From Longimicrobiales bacterium (GTDB lineage: Bacteria; Gemmatimonadota; Gemmatimonadetes; Longimicrobiales; RSA9): a DNA stretch of 64,000 bases. The stretch is taken from NCBI GenBank assembly GCA_035461765.1, contig DATHUY010000122.1:1-64000 (forward strand). Reading direction: 5' to 3'. Below the pieces are notes generated by a model. That model was not told where the DNA came from. It saw only the letters and a program-made list of their open reading frames with translations, and made no database searches. This document shows positions 1 through 9,366 of this stretch, in pieces (the first letter of the stretch is position 1; each line of letters opens with the position of its first letter). The position numbers and the translations under genes are program-made.

Positions 1-2
1 CG

Positions 3-158
3 GATCTCGGTCTGACGCACGCGCTCTACGGCGATGAGCGCTGGCTGGAGATCCTGGCGGACGAGCCGCTGCTGCTGCGCCAGCCGCTCGTCCGTAACGG
101 CAGTCAGCTCACGATCGGCGAAGCGGAAGCGACGTGGAAGCAGTGGGCCGGCAAATGA
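3..158 (+). CDS. 3' end of an ArsC/Spx/YffB-family (arsenate-reductase-like thioredoxin-fold) protein; the 5' part lies outside the window
   Basis: The frame is open from the window edge to TGA at 156-158. The translated tail is ...LLLRQPLVRNGSQLTIGEAEATWKQWAGK, which resembles the C-terminus of ArsC/Spx-family proteins. Confidence 0.4.
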   Translation, partial: DLGLTHALYGDERWLEILADEPLLLRQPLVRNGSQLTIGEAEATWKQWAGK

Positions 159-167
159 CCGGGTGAC

Positions 168-977
168 TCAGTCCACGTCGAAGAGGGCACCGAACTCCGC
201 CGCACTCAACTTCACGCCCGTGAAGAACTCTCCGAACTCGCCGTATTTCGCGCTCGCCTCGTCGTAGCGCATCTCGGTCACGATGCGCTTGAACTCGAGC
301 GGGTCCTTCGCAAAGAGCGTGACACCCCACTCCCAGTCGTCCAGACCGGTCGAGCCGGTGATCACCTGAAAAACGCGCCCTGCGTAGCGACGGCCGGTGA
401 GGCCGTGCTCGCGCATGAGGCGGTTGCGTTCCGTCACGGGCAGAGAATACCAGTTGTCCGGGTGCACGCGGCGCTTGCTCATGGGATAGAAGCTCACGTA
501 CCGCATATCATCGGGCACGCGCGGGAAGAGGCGAGTCTCCACGTGCGGGCTCGCGCGTTCCGCGGCGGCAGCTTCCTCGAGTAGCCGATCGAATTCCTTC
601 GATAGCGGCTTCGCCTCGGCGGCCGCTTCGGCAGTGGCATGGTAGAGGCCCGCTTCGGTGATGGACGTGTAGTCGTGCTCGAGGCGGAGCGCAGCACCCG
701 GCCGCGAGCGCCGCAGCCGCATGTCGACGCGCGCGAGGTCATCGAGCGTCTCGCGGAAATGAACGAACATCACGTCCGCCATACCACCCACCAGCTGGTA
801 AACGCCGCTCCACCCTGACTCCGACGGCGTACTGATGGCCGCGATGAGGTCGGTCGCCGCAGACCGCATGTTCGCCCGCTCCACCGCCGGCATGGCCCGC
901 ACGGCCACCCAGTCGATGGCCATCATCTGATGAAGGGCATACCATCCCTCGAGGGTGGCAGGTGCCAGTTCCGACAT
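168..977 (-). CDS. chlorite dismutase family protein (HemQ/coproheme decarboxylase-like heme enzyme)
   Basis: 269-aa ORF whose composition and motifs (..YVSFYPMSK..RVFQVITGSTGLDDWEWGV..) are typical of the Cld/HemQ family. Nothing on the opposite strand competes with it. Confidence 0.75.
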   Translation of the reverse strand: MSELAPATLEGWYALHQMMAIDWVAVRAMPAVERANMRSAATDLIAAISTPSESGWSGVYQLVGGMADVMFVHFRETLDDLARVDMRLRRSRPGAALRLEHDYTSITEAGLYHATAEAAAEAKPLSKEFDRLLEEAAAAERASPHVETRLFPRVPDDMRYVSFYPMSKRRVHPDNWYSLPVTERNRLMREHGLTGRRYAGRVFQVITGSTGLDDWEWGVTLFAKDPLEFKRIVTEMRYDEASAKYGEFGEFFTGVKLSAAEFGALFDVD

Positions 978-1291
978 CTGTGTGCCTTCCTTAATGCTGT
1001 TTCACTGCGCCGCAATTGATACCCGCGCCGCCGCTGCGGCAAGTCGACCGGGCCCGGCGCGCCATGATGATCGACCGGAGCCGCGACACTGGAAGCCGAC
1101 GTTTTTAACCGGTGCCCGGTAATTTGTGTCACGGACGGAGCCGCCGTGCCACCGCGGCGGCGGGCCGGCGCCAGCATTTTCAAGGGCTTGCAGCGCGCTG
1201 GCCGTGCGGCCGCACCTTTGCGAGGTTGGCGAGCCGTCCCGCCTCTCCCCGCGGGCACATCAACGTCCACGGGCAGCCGGAAGAAACCACC

Positions 1292-2500
1292 TTGTCGCTG
1301 AAGACGCTCTTCACGCTGATCGCGCCCGGTGCGGTGACGCTCACCGCGGCCGGCATGCTGCTCGTGTTCATGCCGACAGCTGATGTGCTGGGACAGGCAT
1401 CGCGCGGCTACCCTCTGGTGGCGCTCGCAGTCGCAGTCCTCCTCGCGTGGCGGATGCATCGCAGCCGCGTGCTGCTGACCGCACTGCTGCTGCTGGCAGC
1501 GCAAGGCGTACTGCATGAGCGGACGTTCGGTGACCACCTGGCCGTGACGACGCTCACGGCCACGCTCCTGCCGGTGCTCGTGGCGGTGCTCGCGCTCTCC
1601 ACGGACCGGAACGTCGCGGGCCGGCACGTGGCGGTGCAGACGCTGCTGCTCGTCATGACGGCGGGCGGCGCGACGGCCGCACTGATCGCGGCGCCGGCCG
1701 AAACGCGTTACTTCCTGACATACCCCTTCATCGATCCGATCTACACGAGCTGGACGGGGCTCGAGCAGGTCGCGCTCGCGGCTGCGCTCACCGGGCTCGG
1801 CACGCTCGCGGCGATTGCGCTGTTTCGCGAGAAGGCGACGGACGCAGGGCTGGGATGGGCCGCGCTCGCCGGTGTGCTCGCAATGGCGCAGCCCGCGGGC
1901 ACGACGGGACGCGGTATCTGGATGCTCGCGGCCGGGCTGGTGCTGATCATCACGCTCGTGGAAGCGTCGTACATGATGGCGTTCCATGACGAGCTGACAG
2001 GGCTGCCGGCGCGGCGCGTGCTGTCGCAGACGCTGTCGGCGCTGCGACCGCCCTACACCGTCGCGATCGTCGATGTGGATCATTTCAAGTCGTTCAACGA
2101 CCGCTATGGCCACGACGTAGGCGACGAAGTGCTGCGCATGGTGGCGAGCCGGCTCGCGGCGGTCACCGGCGGTGGCCGCGCCTACCGCTCGGGCGGCGAG
2201 GAATTCACGATCGTGTTTCCCGGCAGGACGAAGGCGGAAGCGCTGCCGCACGTCGAGGAGGTGCGCGAGGCGGTGGCGGGCGCGAAGTTCACGCTGCGCC
2301 GGCAGCCACGGCCGACCAAAGCCGAGGGGGAGCGGCGACGCGGCACGCGCAGGAGCGACGAGCGCCGTATCGGCGTCACCATCAGTGTCGGGCTCGCCGG
2401 CGTCGACGGCCGCAATCCGACGACGGACGCCGTTGTGAAGGCAGCCGACAAGGCCATGTACCGCGCGAAAAAGAACGGCAGGAACCGGGTCGTGGCGTAA
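1292..2500 (+). CDS. membrane-anchored diguanylate cyclase (multi-TM N-terminus plus GGDEF domain)
   Basis: C-terminal GGDEF domain with the RYGHDVGDEVL and GGEEF active-site motifs. Several N-terminal TM helices. The six-frame ORF opens at GTG 1112, but its first 60 aa are Arg-rich and non-protein-like. TTG 1292, preceded by a GGAAGAAA-like RBS, gives a clean first TM helix. Confidence 0.75.
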   Translation: MSLKTLFTLIAPGAVTLTAAGMLLVFMPTADVLGQASRGYPLVALAVAVLLAWRMHRSRVLLTALLLLAAQGVLHERTFGDHLAVTTLTATLLPVLVAVLALSTDRNVAGRHVAVQTLLLVMTAGGATAALIAAPAETRYFLTYPFIDPIYTSWTGLEQVALAAALTGLGTLAAIALFREKATDAGLGWAALAGVLAMAQPAGTTGRGIWMLAAGLVLIITLVEASYMMAFHDELTGLPARRVLSQTLSALRPPYTVAIVDVDHFKSFNDRYGHDVGDEVLRMVASRLAAVTGGGRAYRSGGEEFTIVFPGRTKAEALPHVEEVREAVAGAKFTLRRQPRPTKAEGERRRGTRRSDERRIGVTISVGLAGVDGRNPTTDAVVKAADKAMYRAKKNGRNRVVA

Positions 2501-2512
2501 AGGTCCACGAAC

Positions 2513-3676
2513 TCAGCTCATCATCTCGTACAGGCCGCGCGCGCCGGCTGAATCGGGAAAGACGCGGTCCGCCTGCGCGGCCGTCAGGTCGAACGTGCCG
2601 GCGACCGCACCCTTCAGGACGGCGCGCGTATCCAGCGTGGGCTTCAGGTCGCGCCCCTCGTAGAGCGCCTGGGACGCGAGACCTGGCCAGTCGGAGAGAA
2701 TGGCGGAGCGCGCGAGCCGGGGCCCCAGCACGAAGCCGGCGCCCGCGGTCCCGTGGTCGGTGCCGCGCGTGCCGTTCGGGCGCGCCGTGCGACCGAACTC
2801 GGTCATCACGACCACCGTCGTATCGCGCCACGACGATTCCATCTCCTCCCGGAACGCCACCAGGCCGTCGGCGAGCTGAGCGAGCAGCCGATCGAGCGCT
2901 CCTCCCGCCACGCCCTGATTGGCGTGCGTGTCCCATCCGCTGAACTCGACCGCCGCGACGTTGGGGCCCGTGCTCTGCCGGAGGATGCGCGCAGCCGCGC
3001 GCATGAGCGGCACGATGCCGGCACGGCGCGCGCCGCCACCCGCCATGGCTTCCTCGCCGACCGCCTCCTGCTGCTGCAGGGCGGCCTCGAAGGATCCATG
3101 CAGCGTGCCGTCCGCACGATACAGCACGGCGAGACGCTCGAGGTACGCATCGTCCACCACACCGAGCTGGGCGGGCGACCATGTCTGTACTGCGTGCGGC
3201 CCGGTCATGGAGCGGGGCATGCCGGACGCGATCGCGATCCCCGACCGCTCACCCGGCATCACCTGAAGCAGCCGGTTCAGCCAGCCGTCGGATGCGCCGA
3301 CCGGGCGGTCCAGTCCGGTCTCGAGAATCGCCTGTCCGTCGAAGTGGCTGCGCGTACGGTACGGTATCGCCATCGCGTGCAGCACGACCAGCTCGCCCGC
3401 ATCCCAGAACGCACGCAGCGGCCCGAGGCCCGGTGCCAGGCCGAACGTGTCATCCAGCTCGACCACGTCCGAGGCGCCGAACGCCAGTGCGCCGCGCAGT
3501 CCGCGGTACGCGGGGTCACCGACCGGAATCACAGCGGCGAGGCCGTCGAAGCCGCCGCGCAGGAGCACGAACACCAGGCGGCCGGGCTGCCGGATGTGCG
3601 CGAAGCTCACTGTCGGGAAGCCGAACGTCGCCACGCCGCCCCAGCACATGTTACGGAGAAACTCACGTCGCTCCAT
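2513..3676 (-). CDS. DUF1501 family protein with a twin-arginine (Tat) signal
   Basis: The internal ATG at 3676 yields MERREFLRNMCWGGVATFG (RRxFL Tat motif), followed by conserved DUF1501 sulfatase-like motifs (EFGRT.., GTDHG). It sits 2 nt downstream of the DUF1800 gene. Confidence 0.8.
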   Translation of the reverse strand: MERREFLRNMCWGGVATFGFPTVSFAHIRQPGRLVFVLLRGGFDGLAAVIPVGDPAYRGLRGALAFGASDVVELDDTFGLAPGLGPLRAFWDAGELVVLHAMAIPYRTRSHFDGQAILETGLDRPVGASDGWLNRLLQVMPGERSGIAIASGMPRSMTGPHAVQTWSPAQLGVVDDAYLERLAVLYRADGTLHGSFEAALQQQEAVGEEAMAGGGARRAGIVPLMRAAARILRQSTGPNVAAVEFSGWDTHANQGVAGGALDRLLAQLADGLVAFREEMESSWRDTTVVVMTEFGRTARPNGTRGTDHGTAGAGFVLGPRLARSAILSDWPGLASQALYEGRDLKPTLDTRAVLKGAVAGTFDLTAAQADRVFPDSAGARGLYEMMS

Positions 3677-3678
3677 CG

Positions 3679-5046
3679 TCACCTCCACTGGAATGCGGGC
3701 GCCGCGAGCGCGAGGGCGACCCGCTCGGCGTTGTCTATGGCGCTGTCCGCGAGCATGTCGCGGAGCGGATCCGTTGGTGTGGTATGCACGACATCGAGCA
3801 GGCTGCGCGGATCGAAGCCGGGCGGTACGCGGCGCGCGATCGTGCGCGCAAGCTCGGCGCGGTTCAGCAGTGAGTCGGGATCCGCCCATTCGCGCGCACT
3901 GTCGCCGAAGCCGTTCGGTGCGGGTGGCGACCACATCGGATGGCGCAGCTGTCGCAGCAGCGCGGGCAGCGGACCGGCACGCGGGATACCGAGCGCACGC
4001 AGCACCGCGATCAGCCAGTCCTGCGGCGAACGGAACTTGCGCGCGTCCTCGCTCCACGCGTCCGGATGCTCGACGAGCGCTCGCGTCGTGACACGCAGAT
4101 CCCCCTCGCTGTCCGCGAACGCGCGGGCGACGGCAGCGACAGCATCAGGAGGCGGCACGTCGGAGACGAAGTGGCGGACCAGCTTGTCCGCGATGAAGAG
4201 CGACGTCGCAGGATGACGGCACAGGGCGCGGATCGCCCGGCGTCCCTCCTCCATCCCGGCCTCGCGATAGGCCGTGCCGAGCACGACCTTCGAACCGGGC
4301 TCGTGCAGCAGCGGCTCGAACGCGAAGCGGAGCACGCCATCGCCTCCGGCAGCCGTGCGCGCACCGCCGCGCCCGGCCACGGTCCAGCCCGTCAGGATGC
4401 GCGCGAGCTCCTGCACATCCGCCTGCGTGTATCCGCCGTCCACGCCGAGCGTGTGCAGCTCGAGCAGCTCGCGCGCGTAGTTCTCGTTGAGCCCGCGGCG
4501 CGTGCCGGCACGAGCGCGCTGCCGGCCGCGCGCCGCGGGCGACGAGGGACCGATCGACTGCGCATTGTCGAGATAGAGCAGCATGGCAGGATGCATCGCC
4601 GAAGCCTGCACCATGTCCTCGAACCGGCCCAGCACATGCGGCCTGATGGCCTCGCGCTCGTACGCACCCGCCAGTGCCGCTACCGGCACCTTGCCCACCA
4701 CCGAGACGCACAGGTGATTGGACCAGAACGCCGTCAGTCGCTCCACCACGGGCGCATCCGTCGTGACACGCTGCTCCAGAGCCGCCGTCATCTCGGCCAG
4801 ACTGATCGCCGTGACGCGCCGGCGCGCGCGCCCGGCGGCCTCCCTGTCGCCCGACGACAGCGCAGCGCGCAGCTCCGCGAGAGCATCGGACGCATCGGTC
4901 GGCACGCCATTCACCGACGGCGCCGCGGGGAAGCGATCCAGCTGCTCCAGCACCCAGGCGCGCGGTTCGCTTACCGCGCGCTTCTCGCCCGGGCGCGCAC
5001 CCAGCCCGAAACGGTTCAGCGCCTGCAACGCGGGATCGATCGTCAT
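3679..5046 (-). CDS. DUF1800 family protein
   Basis: Start chosen at MTIDPALQALNRFGLG. The protein shows the DUF1800 signature and forms the canonical pair with the downstream DUF1501 gene. Confidence 0.75.
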   Translation of the reverse strand: MTIDPALQALNRFGLGARPGEKRAVSEPRAWVLEQLDRFPAAPSVNGVPTDASDALAELRAALSSGDREAAGRARRRVTAISLAEMTAALEQRVTTDAPVVERLTAFWSNHLCVSVVGKVPVAALAGAYEREAIRPHVLGRFEDMVQASAMHPAMLLYLDNAQSIGPSSPAARGRQRARAGTRRGLNENYARELLELHTLGVDGGYTQADVQELARILTGWTVAGRGGARTAAGGDGVLRFAFEPLLHEPGSKVVLGTAYREAGMEEGRRAIRALCRHPATSLFIADKLVRHFVSDVPPPDAVAAVARAFADSEGDLRVTTRALVEHPDAWSEDARKFRSPQDWLIAVLRALGIPRAGPLPALLRQLRHPMWSPPAPNGFGDSAREWADPDSLLNRAELARTIARRVPPGFDPRSLLDVVHTTPTDPLRDMLADSAIDNAERVALALAAPAFQWR

Positions 5047-5231
5047 GCTACCGGGAGCTGAAGGTGGCGTGCCGGATGTGCCCGGCCTTCTGAGGATGAC
5101 ACGCGAGCCGCGCGATCCGTTGGTGGTTACCTTTCGCGGTGCGTCTGGGACCGGCCGGGGCTGGAAACACAGGGAGCCCCCGCCGTGGCAGGGGCTCCCG
5201 TGCAACTCTCACTTCCCGATGACCTCTCTCA

Positions 5232-6098
5232 TCAGCCGTCGAACCTGTACGTCCCGCCGGCATCGACCAGCACCTGCGGCAGTCTATGATGCTTCTCGAA
5301 GTACTCGTACCCGGGCTGCAGCGTCTTCCAGAACCGGAGCAGCTCCGGCTGATCGGCGAACACGTCCTTCATCCGCCGCATCTCGGCGTCGTCCAGCCGC
5401 GCCGGGAAGATGTGCACAGGGATGCGGGTCTGGCCCATCGCATGCGCCTCGATCCCGATCCAGTACAGCTCCTCGATCCCCGCATCCGTCATGGCGAGAC
5501 AGCCTGCCGAAACGCAGTCGCCATGGATGTAGATGTCACCGCCCAGATTGCCGCCCGGATTCGCCGCCCGGTCCCGCGCGTTCGGGTAATCGACGCGCAT
5601 CGACAGGTGATAGCTGCTGTTTGGATTGAAGAGGTCGATGTTGTAGAACCCCTCCGGCACCTGCGCGTCGCCCTGGCGCCGCTTCGGTCCGGGCTTTCCC
5701 GCCAGCGCACAGATGCTGTACGTCTTCAGCAGCTGGAAACGCGAGCCGTCCAGCGGCCTGACCCACACCTCCATCTCACGGTCGCGCTTGAACACACGCA
5801 CGAACACCTCTGCCGCCGGGTGGCGGATGCTCCGCTCCCGGAACAGACGCTGGATCTTCGGACGGGCGTTCAGCTGTGCGCGCCGCACGCGGCTGTGCTG
5901 GAGCTGTGCCCTGGCGAATCCGGATTCCGCTACCGCGTAGTCGGCAGCCGTCAGACTGCTGCCACCCGCGGGCTCTGACGAGACGAGATGCAGTGCGCTC
6001 GGCCCCTGCGCGCTCGTCTGCGCCGTCGCTCCGAGAAGCAGCAGGGCGCAATACGCCATACCGCTCCAGAAGTGCGTTCTCGGCTTCATCGCCTTCAT
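5232..6098 (-). CDS. L,D-transpeptidase (YkuD domain), secreted
   Basis: YkuD catalytic motif ..YIHGDCVSAGCLAMTD.. (His-Gly...Ser-x-Gly-Cys). N-terminal signal-like MKAMKPRTHFWSGMAYCALLLLGATAQT. Confidence 0.75.
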   Translation of the reverse strand: MKAMKPRTHFWSGMAYCALLLLGATAQTSAQGPSALHLVSSEPAGGSSLTAADYAVAESGFARAQLQHSRVRRAQLNARPKIQRLFRERSIRHPAAEVFVRVFKRDREMEVWVRPLDGSRFQLLKTYSICALAGKPGPKRRQGDAQVPEGFYNIDLFNPNSSYHLSMRVDYPNARDRAANPGGNLGGDIYIHGDCVSAGCLAMTDAGIEELYWIGIEAHAMGQTRIPVHIFPARLDDAEMRRMKDVFADQPELLRFWKTLQPGYEYFEKHHRLPQVLVDAGGTYRFDG

Positions 6099-6435
6099 CC
6101 TGTGCTGTTGCTTGCCACCGCCCACCAGCGTCGTTACGGACCGCCAGTCCTCCATGGGCGTGACTCCGGGGTGCCCTTCCTCAGGGCAGTCTGCATGCCG
6201 TCCGACCCCTGATCAGCTCCGGCCGGGTCAAGCATGTGGAACACAGTCACTTAGCGATTGGCACGCCCCGTGAGCCGAAGGGGCGGAGTCGGCAGGAAGG
6301 TTTCGAAATCCACGACTTATTGTATTCTGCCCGACGTATTCTGCATGCAAATCTGGACACATGGGGCGGCCTTCATTCACCCTCCCCACCCGGGCCCCGA
6401 CCGCGAGGTCGCCACCCCGATTGTCCGCGTGGGCG

Positions 6436-6792
6436 TCAGCGCAGATTGCGGTACATCAGGTCGATGAGCTCGTCGTACATGGCCTCGGCTTCGCCCTCGC
6501 CGGAGCGGATCGCCGCCGTCGCGCAGTGCTTCAGATGATTGCGCATGAGCTCGCGACCGACACTGCGCAGCGCCTCCTGCACGGAGGAGATCTGCGTGAG
6601 GATGTCCGCGCAGTACCGGTCTTCATTGATCATTCGCTGCAGTCCGCGCACCTGGCCCTCGATGCGGCGGAGGCGTTTGAGGTTGCGGTCGCGTCGTTCG
6701 GGATCGACGCCGGCCGCTTTGCGGGCGCCTTCGCCGTCAGCGGGATGGGCGGTACCGCAGCCGCAGGCGACGGTGGTGGCTTCGCTGTCCAT
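6436..6792 (-). CDS. csoR: CsoR-family metal-sensing transcriptional repressor (copper-type Cys...His-x3-Cys signature)
   Basis: 118-aa protein with the RYCADIL...NHLKHC pattern (Cys, then His-x3-Cys), typical of the CsoR/RcnR fold. GGAG RBS before ATG 6792. Cys-rich N-terminal tail (ACGCGTAH). Confidence 0.8.
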   Translation of the reverse strand: MDSEATTVACGCGTAHPADGEGARKAAGVDPERRDRNLKRLRRIEGQVRGLQRMINEDRYCADILTQISSVQEALRSVGRELMRNHLKHCATAAIRSGEGEAEAMYDELIDLMYRNLR

Positions 6793-6814
6793 TGTGCTCC
6801 TCCGTGGTGTGGGA

Positions 6815-6832
6815 ATGTTCAATCTAAATAGG
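6815..6832. promoter_or_regulatory. candidate CsoR/RcnR-type operator: G-tract flanked by ATA/TAT (ATAGGGACCGGGGGTAT)
   Basis: Sits in the csoR / nfeD divergent intergenic region, 23-40 nt upstream of the csoR ATG. It resembles the published TAC/ATA-(G/C tract)-GTA/TAT operators of the CsoR/RcnR family. A second pseudo-palindrome, TACCCACCCCACCCGGTA, lies at 6939-6958. Confidence 0.3.
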
Positions 6833-6963
6833 GACCGGGGGTATGCCAACACGACGGGTGGAACAGGGCCAGCGGAGGTGGGGGCGAGTCCTGTGGCTTG
6901 CCAGTGCGGCCGCGCTGTGCGATTTTTTTTCACGCAGGCCTACCCACCCCACCCGGTAGATCC

Positions 6964-7509
6964 ATGCAGGACATCTTTCTCCTTTGCCTCGGTCTCGGTG
7001 CCGGCGTCCTGGTCGTGCAGATCGTGCTCGGCTTTTTCGGTATCGGAGACGACCTGCCGGACGGTGTGGACGATGCAGGCCACGGTCTGGATCTGCTGAG
7101 CGTCCGGACCATCTCGGCCGGTGTCGCGCTGTTCGGCGCGGTCGGGCTGTGGCTGAGTGGTCGCGCGCCGGCCGTGGTCACGTTTCCGGTCGCACTCGCG
7201 GCGGGGATGGCAGCGGCGGTCGGTACTGCGCTGATCACGCGCCAGATTTTCCGGTTCGAGAGCGACGGTACCCTTCAGCTGTCGAACGCCGTCGGTCAGT
7301 CGGCGACGGTCTACCTGCCGGTCCCGGCGCGGCGTGACGGATTCGGCAAGGTGCAGTTCACGCTACAGGGTCGGACGGTCGAGTTGCGCGCGGTGGCGGA
7401 TGAAGCCGCCGATATCCCCACAGGGACTTCCGTGATCGTGGTCGCCGTGATGGAGGGCGACACGGTGGAAGTCACACCAATCCCGCTGATCGAAGGAATC
7501 GACGCATGA
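6964..7509 (+). CDS. NfeD-like membrane protein (flotillin-associated, OB-fold C-terminus)
   Basis: Start MQDIFLLCLGLGAG. Has TM helices plus a C-terminal beta-rich domain. Stop overlaps the flotillin start as ATGA (7506-7509), matching the conserved NfeD-SPFH gene pair. Confidence 0.7.
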   Translation: MQDIFLLCLGLGAGVLVVQIVLGFFGIGDDLPDGVDDAGHGLDLLSVRTISAGVALFGAVGLWLSGRAPAVVTFPVALAAGMAAAVGTALITRQIFRFESDGTLQLSNAVGQSATVYLPVPARRDGFGKVQFTLQGRTVELRAVADEAADIPTGTSVIVVAVMEGDTVEVTPIPLIEGIDA

Positions 7510-9224
7510 CAATCGCATCGCTCGCCCTGCTGCAGTTCGATCCCGGCTCGGGCATCACGGTCATTGGCGCAATCGCGCTGGTCCTGTTCAGCATCCTGGC
7601 GCTGTTCGTGAGCCGCTACAAGCGGTGTCCGGCGAACCGCGTGCTTGTGATATCCGGTAAGGTCGCCGGCGGTCAGTCAGCGCGGGTGATCAGCGGCGGC
7701 GGCACGTTCGTATGGCCGGTGATCCAGCAGGCTGACTTTCTGTCACTGCTGCCGCTGCAGATCGACATCAACCTGACGGACGCGCTTTCGCTGGAGAACA
7801 TTCGCGTGCGCGTCCCGAGCCAGGTGACGGTAGCGATCGGGGACACGGAGGAGTATCAGCAGAACGCTGCGGCGCGAGTGCTGGGGCTGTCACCGAAGGA
7901 TGTCAGCGATCTGGCTATGAACATTATTTTCGGCCAGATGCGTCAGGTGATCGCGTCGATGAGGATCGAGGACATCAACCGGGATCGTGACCAGTTCCGC
8001 GCGAACATTGAGCATGCGCTGGAGCCCGAGCTGAAGAAGGTCGGCCTGAAGCTGATCAATGTGAACATCAAGGACCTGAACGACGAGTCCGGATACATCG
8101 AGGCGATCGGCCGCGAAGCCGGTGCACGCGCGGTACAGAAGGCGCGCGGTGACGTGGCGGAGCAGGAGAAGCTGGGCGAGATCGCGGTTGCGTCGGCTAC
8201 GCAGGAGAAGGAGATCGCGGTTGCGGACGCAAACCGGACGCGCGAGATCGGCGTGAAGAGTGCTGCACGCGACACGGCTGTGAAGGTGGCGGAGCTGGAC
8301 CGCGAGACGGCAGTGGCGCAGAAGGAAGCGGAGTTCTCGCGTGACAGTGCGATCGCAGAGGCCGATCGTCTGCGGCGTATCTCGGTAGCGGCTGCGGACG
8401 CAGAAGCGGTGCGGGGCGAGGCGAGTGCTGAGCAGGCGCGTCGCGTTGCGATTGCGGCAGCGAACGCGCAGGCGATCGAGGGCGAGACGACCGCGCAGGC
8501 GCGCGTTGCAGCGGCGCAGGCGGCACTGCAGGTGAAGGAAGCCGAGTCGTACGAGGTCGGCGAGACGCGCAAGCGTGTAGCGCTCGCGAAGGTTCAGGAG
8601 TCGGAGAACCGGGCGCTCGCACTGGCGGCGGTCGCGGAGAGCGAGCGCATCGAGGCGGAGCGGCGCGCCGAGCTCGAGGCCCCCGCGAAGGCGGAGCGCG
8701 CACGGCGGCTCGTGGAAGCGGAAGCGGAGGCGGAAAGCCGGCGTATCGAAGCGCAGGGCGAGGCGTCGGCGATATTCGCGCGGCTGGAAGCGGAGGCGCG
8801 CGGTGAATACGAGAAGCTGGCGAAGAAGGCCGAGGGTCTGGGTCGCCTGGTCGAGGCGTGCGGCGGAGCGGATCAGGCCTATCAGCTGCTCATGCTGGAG
8901 CATCTCGATCACCTGGCGAATACTGCCGCCACCGCGATATCGAACATCAAGATGGACAAGGTTGTAGTCTGGGGCGGCGGGAACGGCAGCGGCGGCAAGG
9001 GCAACAATGACGTCGGCGTCGGTGCGTTCGTGCGGGACCTGGCCGGCACCGTACCGCCAGTCCTCCAGATGCTCAGGGACATCGGCGGCGTCACCGTGAG
9101 CGACCGGTTCGTCAAGCTCGAGGAGGAGACAGTCTCCGCGGCGGCCGGCGCCGGTCCGGAAACCCCTGCGGCTGATGTGCCGACCGTCGAGCTGGCGGAC
9201 CCGAGGCGCACAAACAGACCATAA
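7506..9224 (+). CDS. flotillin / SPFH (band-7) domain protein with a long Ala/Glu-rich coiled-coil
   Basis: N-terminal TM segment, then an SPFH domain, then extended EA-rich flotillin repeats. Confidence 0.9.
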   Translation: MTIASLALLQFDPGSGITVIGAIALVLFSILALFVSRYKRCPANRVLVISGKVAGGQSARVISGGGTFVWPVIQQADFLSLLPLQIDINLTDALSLENIRVRVPSQVTVAIGDTEEYQQNAAARVLGLSPKDVSDLAMNIIFGQMRQVIASMRIEDINRDRDQFRANIEHALEPELKKVGLKLINVNIKDLNDESGYIEAIGREAGARAVQKARGDVAEQEKLGEIAVASATQEKEIAVADANRTREIGVKSAARDTAVKVAELDRETAVAQKEAEFSRDSAIAEADRLRRISVAAADAEAVRGEASAEQARRVAIAAANAQAIEGETTAQARVAAAQAALQVKEAESYEVGETRKRVALAKVQESENRALALAAVAESERIEAERRAELEAPAKAERARRLVEAEAEAESRRIEAQGEASAIFARLEAEARGEYEKLAKKAEGLGRLVEACGGADQAYQLLMLEHLDHLANTAATAISNIKMDKVVVWGGGNGSGGKGNNDVGVGAFVRDLAGTVPPVLQMLRDIGGVTVSDRFVKLEEETVSAAAGAGPETPAADVPTVELADPRRTNRP

Positions 9225-9366
9225 GATTCGGCTCGCAGGGCAGAAGCACTGCGGCACGAATTGCGACGACGGATCGGGAGGCACTGTCGGATCGAAAGAT
9301 CCGCCGGTGCCTCTCATTTTTTGGCGCGTTGGTCGACGGGCCTTAGTTTGGGTGGCTGGGCCGCCG

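Noticed and set aside
923-2251. 442-aa minus-strand ORF antisense to the GGDEF membrane protein
   Set aside because: Extremely Arg/Pro/His-rich, with no domain. It overlaps a well-supported GGDEF gene on the other strand, the typical shadow ORF of a high-GC genome.
6155-6300. Hairpin GCCCCGTGAGCCGAAGGGGC as terminator for csoR
   Set aside because: It lies ~140 nt beyond the csoR stop, with no U-tract, and its stem is only 6 bp. Too weak to call.
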